DNA of 64,000 nt from a virus (lineage: Duplodnaviria; Caudoviricetes): IMG/VR virus record IMGVR_UViG_3300026549_000040, positions 64,001 to 128,000 of that record, one strand, 5' to 3'. This document shows positions 48,590-59,900 of the stretch, piece after piece (within the stretch, counting starts at the first letter, position 1; each line of letters starts with the position of its first letter). The position numbers and the translations under genes were made by a program. The notes below the pieces were generated by a model. It was not told the DNA's origin. It worked only from the letters and a program-made list of their open reading frames with translations, and ran no database searches.

Positions 48590-51195
48590 TGGCAAAAGTT
48601 ATAGGTGCTCTTTCAACAAAACCATATATAAGACATTTTTCATCTAGTAAAGGTCTAGGAAAAACACTAGTATTTAGACCTAATGATAAAACTACAAGAA
48701 ATCTTATATTAAAAGCTGCTTTTCTTATGCAGTCTAATACAGGTAAATACTATTATGATAATACTGGATGGAAGTGGGTAAATACTGTTAAGAAAAATAA
48801 AGCTAGCACTCTATTAGCTCCTAATGTAATTGGTAAAACACACGTAACAAGTTTAGCATTCGTAGTAGCAGTATGTAGATTTGCAGGTATAACAAAAGCC
48901 ACTTCTTGTAATTCTTTTGGTGCATTAAGAGATAAATTAGAAAATGCTACTAAACTTACTAAACAAAGAAAGGTTGCTTCTCAAGTTACTTTAAAGCCTG
49001 GTGATATACTAATAAGACCCAAAAGCTCATCTATGAAGGGTTATGGGTGTATATATGTAGGTAATACAAAACGTACAAGTGTATTGCCAAGTAAGTCAAG
49101 TGGTTCTTCAGGCACTAATAAAGAAACTAAGAAAAAAGATTTAGGAGAATTTGCTAAAGGCTTATGCTGGCCATCTGTAAAAGGTAATTCTAATCCAAAA
49201 GGTGAATATCCTAATGGGAAAAGAACAGTAGCATATGATGCAGCTTATAAGGCGATAAAGTCTAAATTAAAAATAAAAGATAAAAGGTATCAAGTTGGTG
49301 CTAGTTGTGATGTATTTGTTTTTGCTGCTTGTAGAGCTTATGGTATAGATAATTTTCCTAATAGATTATCCGCACAATGTGAGTACTTTTTTAAGAGCGA
49401 TAAATATAAAACTTATTTTACAAAAGTACAAACTGATAAAGGCAGCACTGCAAAAATGAAAAGTGGAGATGTAGTATGTAGGATTAATTCAGGATCTAAA
49501 AATAATGGTCAAGGTCATATCTTAATAGTATGTGTAGAAAATGGTAAGAAGAGAACAGCTAATGCACATCACGAAAAAAAGCATAATGGTGTTAAAGGTT
49601 ATTATGGTGTAGTAGATGGCTTTAGTTCTAAAGATACTAACAAAGCTTCTGGGAAAAACAAATACTATGGAGTCTTTAGATTAAAACCAGGTGTTGCACT
49701 TGGTGATGGTACAATAGCTGGTGCTAGTGGTGATAGTTCAGATTCTGTAGTAGTTATGGATGATGGTAGTGCTTTAGTTCTTGATACTATAAATACATTA
49801 TTTTCTTCACAAGGATATGATTGGGCAAAGGCAGAAGAAAAGAAAGAATCAGAGTCAGATAAATTTGCAAGAGAGACAACAGACGATATAAGGAATTTCT
49901 TAGATAATTTAAAGATTGATCAATCTAGTTTTACTTATGCCCCACCTGCTGATGTTCAGGTTATGTCTTCTATGAAGGCTTCTAATAAAGCAGTTTATAA
50001 GACAGAATTATATAAAGGAAAATCAGGCGGAAATAAACTAACTTCATATCCAAATATGGTTCAAGCTCCAATTATAGAGCTTTCTTTTAATGGTACTATT
50101 ATCGGTGGTTATGGTAATGTAGGGGATGAATTCCCTAATTATATTAATTCTTTACAAGTACAAAAAGTAAATGGAAGAATTAATAGATATACAATAGGTT
50201 TATCTTATCAAGTAAGGCCGGGTGAAGATCCAAACTTTATAGATGGGTTATTAGGAAAAGTAGGTTATACTAATCCATTAAAAATTAGATATGGTGATGG
50301 GACAAGTCCTGGATTAATATTTAGAGAAGATAGTGCAGTTGTTATTGATGTAAAACATAAAGAAGATGTTGCATCAAGTTCTATTACGTACACTATATCA
50401 GCAATATCTTCTATAGCTAGTGCTAATAATTCTTCTTTTACGTTTACACCAACTGTAGATAGACCATCAAATGTTATAAATAATTTATTATACGGTAAGA
50501 ATAATGTAAGTAAACAATTAAGAGATGCTTTTCCTGCTATGACTAATAAAACATTCGTAAGTTCTAATAACTTAATACCTACAACTGATGGTGTTATTAG
50601 TATAGGTGGTATGAACAATACGAGTCCACTTACTTATTTAAGTCATTTAGTAAGCTGCATGAATAACAAAGGGTCTAGTTTTTTCTTGACCTTTCATGAT
50701 GGAAAAGATGGTGCCTATTTTAAAATAACAGAAGTTAAAAAACAAACAAGTTCTCAAGTAGCTGGATTATATGAAATAGATGTAGGTTATCCAGGTGATA
50801 ATTTTGTAACTAATTTTCAATTATGCAATAATATCTATTGGCCATTGGTTTATGAGTATAATGGAAATGTACCAAAGTATAACTATGATATAGACAGTAA
50901 TGGAAGTATCTTTAGTAGTTCAAGTAACAGATTATTGAGTGATAATAAATTTTTAGCTGATAGTGTTATAAATGAGAATTGGTGGTCATCAATTACAGAA
51001 TTTCCAGTATCTGCTAAGATAACATTAAAAGGCTTAACAGCACCTGTTATGCTTATGACTTATATAAAAGTCAATACATTATTTTATGGTCAAAAAGATA
51101 TGGCAAGTGGTTTATATGTAGTTACAGATCAAGAAGATTCCGTATCTGGTAATGGCTGTTCAACTACATTGACTATGTTAAGAGTTGGAGAATAA
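48589..51195 (+). CDS. baseplate hub paralogue 2: degenerate plus intact NlpC/P60-like domains + hub domain
   Basis: LKPGDILI...IYVG without catalytic C/H; ASCDVFV...SGDVV...GHILI; shared hub. Confidence 0.7.
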   Translation: MAKVIGALSTKPYIRHFSSSKGLGKTLVFRPNDKTTRNLILKAAFLMQSNTGKYYYDNTGWKWVNTVKKNKASTLLAPNVIGKTHVTSLAFVVAVCRFAGITKATSCNSFGALRDKLENATKLTKQRKVASQVTLKPGDILIRPKSSSMKGYGCIYVGNTKRTSVLPSKSSGSSGTNKETKKKDLGEFAKGLCWPSVKGNSNPKGEYPNGKRTVAYDAAYKAIKSKLKIKDKRYQVGASCDVFVFAACRAYGIDNFPNRLSAQCEYFFKSDKYKTYFTKVQTDKGSTAKMKSGDVVCRINSGSKNNGQGHILIVCVENGKKRTANAHHEKKHNGVKGYYGVVDGFSSKDTNKASGKNKYYGVFRLKPGVALGDGTIAGASGDSSDSVVVMDDGSALVLDTINTLFSSQGYDWAKAEEKKESESDKFARETTDDIRNFLDNLKIDQSSFTYAPPADVQVMSSMKASNKAVYKTELYKGKSGGNKLTSYPNMVQAPIIELSFNGTIIGGYGNVGDEFPNYINSLQVQKVNGRINRYTIGLSYQVRPGEDPNFIDGLLGKVGYTNPLKIRYGDGTSPGLIFREDSAVVIDVKHKEDVASSSITYTISAISSIASANNSSFTFTPTVDRPSNVINNLLYGKNNVSKQLRDAFPAMTNKTFVSSNNLIPTTDGVISIGGMNNTSPLTYLSHLVSCMNNKGSSFFLTFHDGKDGAYFKITEVKKQTSSQVAGLYEIDVGYPGDNFVTNFQLCNNIYWPLVYEYNGNVPKYNYDIDSNGSIFSSSSNRLLSDNKFLADSVINENWWSSITEFPVSAKITLKGLTAPVMLMTYIKVNTLFYGQKDMASGLYVVTDQEDSVSGNGCSTTLTMLRVGE

Positions 51196-51197
51196 AA

Positions 51198-53942
51198 ATG
51201 GCATCGAGGGATGTTAAAGCTACTATAAAATTATCAAAATGCAAAAGTGATATAGTTTTATCTATGAATAAACAACCACAATCTATGACTGTTATAAGTT
51301 CTACAAATAGGGTAATAGCTTATGAAGGAGATCAACTAAAGAGGTTTTCTGATAAGATAGAATGGCCAAGTAGTAACCCTGGTGGACTTAAAGCTAAAGC
51401 ATCTACTAAAAATCTAGGGCATGCTAATGGTTGCACCTATTGTGATGTGACTAATGAAATAATGGTATGTGATGGTGGTGGAAGTAATAAAAAAAGAGTT
51501 CGTGTATTTGATGCTAATTCATTTAAGCATAAACGAGATATACATTTACCAAAAAGTGTTTCTGCATTAGCTTATGATAGAGTTACTGGTGAATTTTATA
51601 CTGCCTATGGACATTCTTTAAGTATTTATTCTTATAAAAATTTTATGGCAGGTAAATCTCGTAAAAAGAATTTTAATTGTAAAGATTTTAAACATAAGCA
51701 CTGGCAGGATATAGGTGGTTATAACGGAATATTATATAGGGTTGTAACAGCTTCCACCGGAGTTAATTATATAGATGCTTATAGAGTCTCTTCTGGAAAA
51801 TACTTAGGATCTATAAAGCTTAGTATGGGTGAAATGGAATCATGCGCAATTGATGAAAATCATCAACTACATGTATCAACTTTAAATCCAAGGCATTTAT
51901 TACATACTAATATTAATATTAATTCAGTATTTCAGGGTACAAATGCTGCAGTTAATAATAATAAAAAAGTTTCAGCTGGTACTGGAAAAAGAATGTCAGC
52001 GCCACAAGCATTTGTTGCAACTGCAAAAAAAGAATTAGGCACAAGGGAATCTGGAAATAATGATAATAAATATGGTAAATGGTATGGAATGAATCATCAG
52101 CCTTGGTGTGCTATATTTGTATGCTGGTGTGCACATGAAACTTTTGGGGAATCATGGACTAAATTTTTTAAAAAGAATGCATCAGCTTATGGTGTTGGAG
52201 AAGGAGTAGTTGATAAAGGTGGTAAATGGTTAAAAAAAGCCTCTAAAGGTCCTACTACTCACGTAGGTATTATTGCATCAGTTAATTCAAAAGGTGTAGC
52301 AACTACAGTAGAAGGTAATGCCGGGGATAAAGTTTCTTCCAGAACTATTAAAGTTCCTTCTGGCACTCGTACTGGAGATTTAATTATATTTTATAACGGA
52401 AGAGTAGGTGGAATAGCAAGACCCAAATGGCCTGATGGTTCTTTTTTTGTTGGTGGTATGGGAATGGAAGGCGAAGTTCCAGAAGAATTAACTTTAAAAG
52501 TAAGCCCTGAACAACTATACTCATCTGCTGGCTGGAATTATATGGAGCAAAAAGAAAAGGAAGAATCTGCAGCAGATAAATTTTCAAAAGAAACTACTGA
52601 AGCTATTAGAGATTATTTAAGTGATATATCTATAACTAATTTGAGCTATAATGCTATACCAGATATTAAATTAGATGGTCTTTTTTCTGTTAAGCAAGAC
52701 AGTAAACCAAAAACAAAAGTTTATGGTAATATAAAAGGATCTCACTTACCTTCAACTATAAGTTATGTAGAAGCACCATATATAAAACTTACAATAGGTG
52801 GAGTTCAGATAGGTACTTACAGAAATGGTAACTATCCAAATTATGTAAATAATTTATCTGTTAAGAAGACTAATGGGTCTATGAATGAGTATACTATTGG
52901 ATTAACTCATCAAATATTTCCAGGTGATAATCCAAATTATATAGATAATCTTATATCTGCAAATAGTTATAATAAGATAAAGATTGAATATGGAGATTCA
53001 CAATCTGGTGTAACTTTTAGAGATGATAATGCTTTACTGATAGATGTTAAAAGTAATTTTGATTTTTTTAATAATAATATTAACTATACTTTATCAGCAA
53101 CCAGTTCTTCAATTGCTTCTGTAATAGTTACAAGAAATTATCCAGAAGTTACAGATAAGCCGTCAACTATCATTAATAACATGCTGTATGGTACTGGTGA
53201 ATTATTATCTTATTTTCCAGGCATGCAGAATAAAACATTTACAAGTTCAAATAATTTAATTCCTACAACAGATAAGCCTGTAACGATAGGTGCAGTAGAT
53301 AGTATAACTTCATTTGATTATTTAAAACTTTTAGTATCTTCCATGAAACCACTTGATAGCAAAAATAATTCTACTTATTTTTTAGACATAAAAGATAGTG
53401 GATCAAATGGTACTTATTTTCAAGTGAAAGAAGTTAATCCAAGTACTGCTAATTCATCATCAGCATTTATGTATGAAGTAGATATTAATTATCCAGATGA
53501 AAATTCTTTGGTTTATAATTTTTCAGTTGATGAAGATTTTGCTTGGCCATTGGCTTATAAATATTCTGGTAGTTTTGGTACATATAATTATCATATAGAT
53601 AGTAACGGAAGAACATCTGCTTATAATTCTTCTTCTAATTTAAAAAACATATCTTCAGTAACAGGTGTTAGTGTAACAGATCAAAATTGGTGGAGAAATG
53701 TTACAGAATTTCCTGTAAGAGCTTCCTTAGAAATAAAAGGACTATCTACTTATGTTTTATTGCTAAATTATATAAAAGTTAATGTTTATTATTTTGGTAA
53801 GAAAAGAAGTTCCTCAGGTGTTTACATAGTCACTGGTCAAGAAGATAGTTTATCAGGAAATGGATTTAGAACAAAGCTAGATTTATTAAGAGTTGCAGGC
53901 GATAATCAATATATAAACGTAGATGGAAGAGTCATAACTTAG
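51198..53942 (+). CDS. baseplate hub paralogue 3: beta-propeller-like + CHAP amidase + hub domain
   Basis: LGHANGCTY propeller-type motif; PWCAIFVCWC...HVGII...TVEGN; shared hub. Confidence 0.75.
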   Translation: MASRDVKATIKLSKCKSDIVLSMNKQPQSMTVISSTNRVIAYEGDQLKRFSDKIEWPSSNPGGLKAKASTKNLGHANGCTYCDVTNEIMVCDGGGSNKKRVRVFDANSFKHKRDIHLPKSVSALAYDRVTGEFYTAYGHSLSIYSYKNFMAGKSRKKNFNCKDFKHKHWQDIGGYNGILYRVVTASTGVNYIDAYRVSSGKYLGSIKLSMGEMESCAIDENHQLHVSTLNPRHLLHTNININSVFQGTNAAVNNNKKVSAGTGKRMSAPQAFVATAKKELGTRESGNNDNKYGKWYGMNHQPWCAIFVCWCAHETFGESWTKFFKKNASAYGVGEGVVDKGGKWLKKASKGPTTHVGIIASVNSKGVATTVEGNAGDKVSSRTIKVPSGTRTGDLIIFYNGRVGGIARPKWPDGSFFVGGMGMEGEVPEELTLKVSPEQLYSSAGWNYMEQKEKEESAADKFSKETTEAIRDYLSDISITNLSYNAIPDIKLDGLFSVKQDSKPKTKVYGNIKGSHLPSTISYVEAPYIKLTIGGVQIGTYRNGNYPNYVNNLSVKKTNGSMNEYTIGLTHQIFPGDNPNYIDNLISANSYNKIKIEYGDSQSGVTFRDDNALLIDVKSNFDFFNNNINYTLSATSSSIASVIVTRNYPEVTDKPSTIINNMLYGTGELLSYFPGMQNKTFTSSNNLIPTTDKPVTIGAVDSITSFDYLKLLVSSMKPLDSKNNSTYFLDIKDSGSNGTYFQVKEVNPSTANSSSAFMYEVDINYPDENSLVYNFSVDEDFAWPLAYKYSGSFGTYNYHIDSNGRTSAYNSSSNLKNISSVTGVSVTDQNWWRNVTEFPVRASLEIKGLSTYVLLLNYIKVNVYYFGKKRSSSGVYIVTGQEDSLSGNGFRTKLDLLRVAGDNQYINVDGRVIT
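53756..53774 (+). promoter_or_regulatory. intragenic copy of the late promoter motif upstream of the spike gene
   Basis: TTTATTGCTAAATTATATA matches the 38829 copy over 19 nt. Confidence 0.45.
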
Positions 53943-53952
53943 AGGAAATTAG

Positions 53953-56900
53953 ATGATTCAAAAAGGTAGAATTGAAAGAGTAATAGACAAATATACTTAT
54001 AAGGTTAGAATACCTAAGTATGATAAAGTATTAGAAGATCCAGAAGGTACAAGAACAGAAGATTTAGCAGAAGGTCTTGTATGTATAACTCCTGGAATGA
54101 ATGTTGCTTATACTGTAGGTGATATTGTTATTGTATCTTTTGAAAATGATGAAATAAGTAAACCTGTAATACTTGGTTTACTTTATAGAGATAACAATGA
54201 GAATATTGATTCAGGTGCAGCGTTAACACTTGTTGACGATAATATAAAACAACTAAAGTCGTCTATAAGCGGTATTAAAAATTCTTCTTCTGTTTATACT
54301 CATGTAAGATATTCTAATGATAATGGAGTTACCTTTACGAGTTTATATAATCCAAACATATCAGAACGAACTGATAGTGAAGGAAATATATATTGTATTC
54401 CAGTATGGTCAACTAGAGGATTAAATGGTATACAAATAGATAAAGATTCTGACTTCTTAACTTGGTTTATACTAGATGAAAATAAACATAATATAACAAA
54501 TCAAATAGGAATAGATACTATCTTTTTTGATTCAGAAGGAAATATACTAAGAACGGTTCCTAAAGAAGATAGAGAGTATACTATTCAACTTAATAATCTA
54601 ACTGACATAGAAGGTGCTTTATATCTTACTTATAGAATATATGCACCTAAGAACTATTTAGATAAATTACATATATCATTAAGCTCTGATAAAAATGTTT
54701 TAGGAACAGTAGAAGGAAAATATTTAGGTTTATATATAACAAATTCTCCTGAAGCATCTTTAGATTGTTCTGATTATCAATGGATTTCTTTTGCTTCTGG
54801 TGGTATGTCTAATGATGTTACTGAAGCTATAGCTGAATTAGAAGAAACTACTGGTGATATAAAAGAACAAATAACAGAAGTAGTTACAGATGTAGATGGA
54901 TTTAGAGTATCTGTTACAGAAGCTGTAGCTACATCTAAACAAGCAGAAGATATGGCTAAAGCAGTACAAGATGCTGCAGATAGAGGAGATTTTGATGGCG
55001 TAGGTGTTTATAGCACTGTTGTAACTTATCAAGCAAGTTCAAGTAATACAGAAGTTCCTTCTGGTACATGGTATGATGAAGATCATATGCCGGAAGTTCC
55101 TGATGGTCATTATTTATGGACTAAAACTTATATTACTTATACAAATAATACACATAGTACTTCTTATTCAGTTGCTAGACAAGGTATTAAAGGTGATACT
55201 GGTGATACAGGATTAAATGTATCTAATGTTTCATTATATCAAAGAGGAAGTACTGCGCCTTCAAAGCCAACAGGTAATTTAATATACTCATTCATTACAG
55301 GAGATATAACATTAGATCCAGAAGACATTACTTCAAATCTAAATGGTTGGACAAAAAATATACCAGAAATAGACGGACACCCGTGTTGGGTTATTTCAAC
55401 AACTGTAAGTGCTAATACTTCAACAACTATAATAGAAGATACAAGTTGGAGCGCACAGGTAAAGTTTGTTGAAGATGGAGAAAGTGGTGGAATTGGTGCT
55501 CATGGTATTAATACTGCTCCGATTTATTTATATCAGAGAAGTTCTTCTACTCCAAAGAAACCAGTAAATACTTTAACTTATACTTTCTCTACTAGAGCTA
55601 TAAGTGGAACAATAGATAATAATTGGGTAGTAGATATAGGAACTTTAACTGGTACTGATCCAATATGGGTAATTGGGGCTGTTGCAAGTTCTAATACTGA
55701 TTCTGATACTATAGGAAGTAATGAATGGTCTGCTCCTATAATTCTTTCACAAGACGGAAATGATGGTTCTGATGGTCAAGATGGAAGTGATGGAATAAGT
55801 ATTAGTTCTGTTACGAATTATTATTTAGCTACATCTTTATCAAGTGGTGTTACTCCTTCAACATCTGGGTGGACAACCACTATTCAAACTATGGATTCCA
55901 CTAATCAATATCTTTGGAATTATGAAGTTGTAACAGGTTCTGATAGTTCTATAATAAATACAACTACACCGATTATTATAGGAAGATATGGGCAAGATGG
56001 AAGTCAAGGTCCTTCAGGGTCTGACGGAAAAGGTATAACAAGTATTACAGAATATTACTTAGCAACATCTGCTTCTTCTGATGTTACTCCTTCAACATCT
56101 GGGTGGACTACTGAAGTTCAAACAACTGATTCTACAAATAAGTATTTATGGAATTATGAAGTAATTGCTTATACAGTTGGAAGTCCTTATACTTCAGAAC
56201 CAAGAATAATTGGAACGCAAGGAGAAGATGGTCAGGACGGTCAAGATGGTATTGATGGAATTAATGGATTAAATCAAGCAACTGTTTATATTTATAAAAG
56301 AAGTAGTGTAATTCCAGATACGCCTGAAGAATCAGGTATCTATACTTTTGCTACCGGTGAATTAACTGGTGATGTTATAGATATCGAAGGATGGGAAACA
56401 TCTGTTCCAAATGGATCTAACCCTTGTTATGTAAGTACAGCATTAGCAATAAGTAGAGAATCAGAGGCTACTATTGAAGCCTGGTCAGATGTTGTTAAAT
56501 TTGTAGAAAATGGTATTAATGGTTATAATCAAGCGACATTAAATTTATATCAAAGAACATCATCTACTTTAACAGGAAGTGATGTACCTACTAATACCTC
56601 TTATAATTTTAATACTAAGCAGATTTCAGGTTCTATCGGAAATTGGTCTACATCTATACCTAATGGAACTGCTCCTTGTTGGTCTACTTCTGCTGTAGCA
56701 ATAAGTAGAGAGCAATCTGTAAGTTTAGTTTGGTCAGCGCCTGTAAAAATAGTTCAAAATGGACAAGATGGACAGAGTGGTTTAAATCAAGCAACAATAA
56801 ACTTATATAAAAGAGCAGCATCCGTAACTGCTCCTACAATTTCTGTTAGATATAAATTTAGTGATGGTACTTTAAGAAATAATAGTGATGTAATAATTGA

Positions 56901-59900
56901 TACACTCCAAGGGTGGGGAAGAAATATCCCTACAGGTACAGAACAATGCTGGATAGTTTCAGCTTCTGCAATAAGTAGAGAAGATTATGTTACTATATCT
57001 TCCTGGTCATCTCCAATCAAATTAGTAAAAGATGGTACATCTGCTACTCAATATTATACTTATGTAAAATATGCGACAGATAGTAGTGGTTCTAATATGA
57101 GAGATACTCCTATGGCGGGTTATAATTATATTGGAACTTACACAGGTACTACACAAACCCCATCTGCTAATTTGTATACATGGAGCAAATATGTAGGAGA
57201 TAATGGGCAAGATGGTACGAGTGTTACAGTAACAAGTATTGAATATGCTGTAACAGATACAGAAGATGAACCAATTAGTTGGGAATCACAAATACCTGAA
57301 GTTGGAGAAGATCAATGGTTGTGGTCTAAAGTAACTTTATCAGGCAGCGATAATGTTATAATAAGTAAATCTTATTCAGGAAAATCAGGGACTGACGGCT
57401 ATAATCAGGCTACTATTAATTTATATCAAAGAGCATCATCTGCATCTAAACCATCTTCTACTGTTACATATAGATTTAGTGATGGAAAATTTTCTACTAA
57501 TGGTACTACATGGTCAGATAGTGTAGGTAGCTGGGTTAAGTCTATGCCAGCTATCAATACGAGTCATCCAGAATATCCTTGTTGGGTTATAAGTGCTGTA
57601 GCTATTAGTCAAGATTCAACTGATGATATAAGTACAACTGAATGGTCAGGTCCTAATAAATGCGCTGAAAATGGATTAAATCAGGCAGTAATTAGATTAT
57701 ATAAAAGAGCTTCATCAAAACCTGTTGATACTGAAATTAGACCAAACAGAAATTTAACTTATACATTTAAAACATCTACTCTATCACCGACTGATTCAGA
57801 TGGTAAGTTTAATGGATGGTCTAAAGACATTCCAGAATCAGATTCAAATAAAAATCCTTGTTGGTTTATATCTGCCGTAGCTTCAGGAACTGGTTTAACA
57901 GATACTATACTTACTACTGATTGGAATCCTCCATTAAAACTTATGAATGATGGAGTTGGTATAACAAGGGTAGAAGAAGAATATAGATTATCAGATAGAG
58001 AAGATAAATTAGATCCTGAAACATCTTCCGTTTCAAAATATACTTGGAGTACTACTCAACCTGCTTACGAATATGGGAAATTCTATTGGGTAAGACAACA
58101 TATATTTTATGATAATGGAAGTAATGATTATTCAACTCCAGTATGCGATAAATCTATAAATGGAGCAATAAATCATGTAGAAACATATTATCTTTCTACG
58201 GCATCTTTTGATGTAGCAAAGGATCAAATACAGAGTAGAGTAGCTAAGACTCAATTAGAATTAATTGGTCAGACCTATGCTTTATGTCAAACTGCATCAG
58301 AAACTTCTACTAAAGAAGCTATAATAACTCCTCAAGATCAATCTTGGACATTACAAACTGATACAGAAATTACTGTTCAATTTGAATATAGGAATACTAC
58401 AAATAATCCTAAATTAAGTATAAATGGTCAGCCACAAAATGGGGCATCATTAAAAGATAAAGATGGAAATACTTTAACTGAAGAAAAACTTCATTGGGAA
58501 GCTGGTAGCATTTTCTTATTCAAATATGATGGTACTAACTGGAGATTACAAGATAATCTAAAGTTTGAAAGACTAGATAAAGCAGAGAGTGCTATTACAC
58601 AGAATGCAAATAATATAGAATTAAAAGTTTCTGATTCTGATCTTACTGGTAATAATGTTATATCCAGAATAAACTTAAATAGTACTACAGCTACTATAAA
58701 AGCTGCTAGAGTACAAATAGATGGTGCTGCAATATTTAATAATTCTGATTTTCAATCTCTTGCTAATAATGCATATGATGAAAATGGTGCTGCGAATATT
58801 GCTAAACAACAAGCTATAAGTTATACAGATAATAAAACTGCTAATATGGCTACAACTACTGATATTAATCAGTTAAAAGCTAATTATGGCACTTGTTCTA
58901 CTAGTGCTTCTACAAGAATAAAAGTAGTAACCTGTTCTAATTTTGAATTGGTAGATGGTAATGAATTAACTGTTTATTTTTCTATTGCTAATACACAGTA
59001 TAGCAGTTCTGTTCAGCTAAATATAAATAATAAAGGTGCGAAAGATGTGTGGGTAGCGAATGCTGTTACTTCATCTTCAAATCAATTACTTTGGGGAGCT
59101 GGTGCATATATTACTTTTAAATATGTAACAGTTGGAAGTAGTTCATACTTTATAGTAATTGGTGAACCACGTTCATGGTATGGAGCTTCCACTACTGCTG
59201 CAAGCACAGCATCAAAAACTGATACTACAGCGATTACAGGCTGTGTTATTTGTAAAGGTGCAAAAATAGAGTTGGCTATGTCTAATAAAAATACTAATGA
59301 TAGTGCCACTCTAAATATAAGAAGTACTGGTGCTAAAGCTATTTATTATGGTAATACTTCAACTAGACCGACTGTTGATAACGGTCATTCTTGGATTGAT
59401 AGTACTACTGCAACATTTACTTTTGATGGTTCAGCTTATCGTATGGCTGGTCAAACAGTAATTAATGGTGATAATATAGTTACAGGAAGTATTTCTGCAA
59501 ATGAGTTAAACGTAAATAATATAAATGCAAGTGGAATATTTTCTGCTGGATCATTTAATAGTGATGCAAAGCGTAATATAAATAAAAGATCACAAAGAAT
59601 TTATTATAAAACAAATCAAGAATCTACACCTGGTACACCTAATAGTTGGGTAAGTAGAAGTGATACTGTAACTAATAATTGGACTACTTGTTATATGTCA
59701 TATGATAACAATAATCCTTGTTTATTTACTTGTATTCAGTATGAATCTCTTGATGGATATCTTACTTATTCTGAAGTTATAGAAGATACTACTCAGAGTG
59801 ATGCTAGATTTTATACTGATGGAGAGTTATCATTCAAGGCAGCTTCAGCAGATTTAATAGAAAAACAACAAACTCTTTATCGTAGGTCTTTAATCAGACT

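Noticed and set aside
1640-59309. Numerous short minus-strand ORFs in the track
   Set aside because: All shadow longer + strand genes, many are Ser/Phe-rich mirrors of acidic codons, and none shows a recognisable motif
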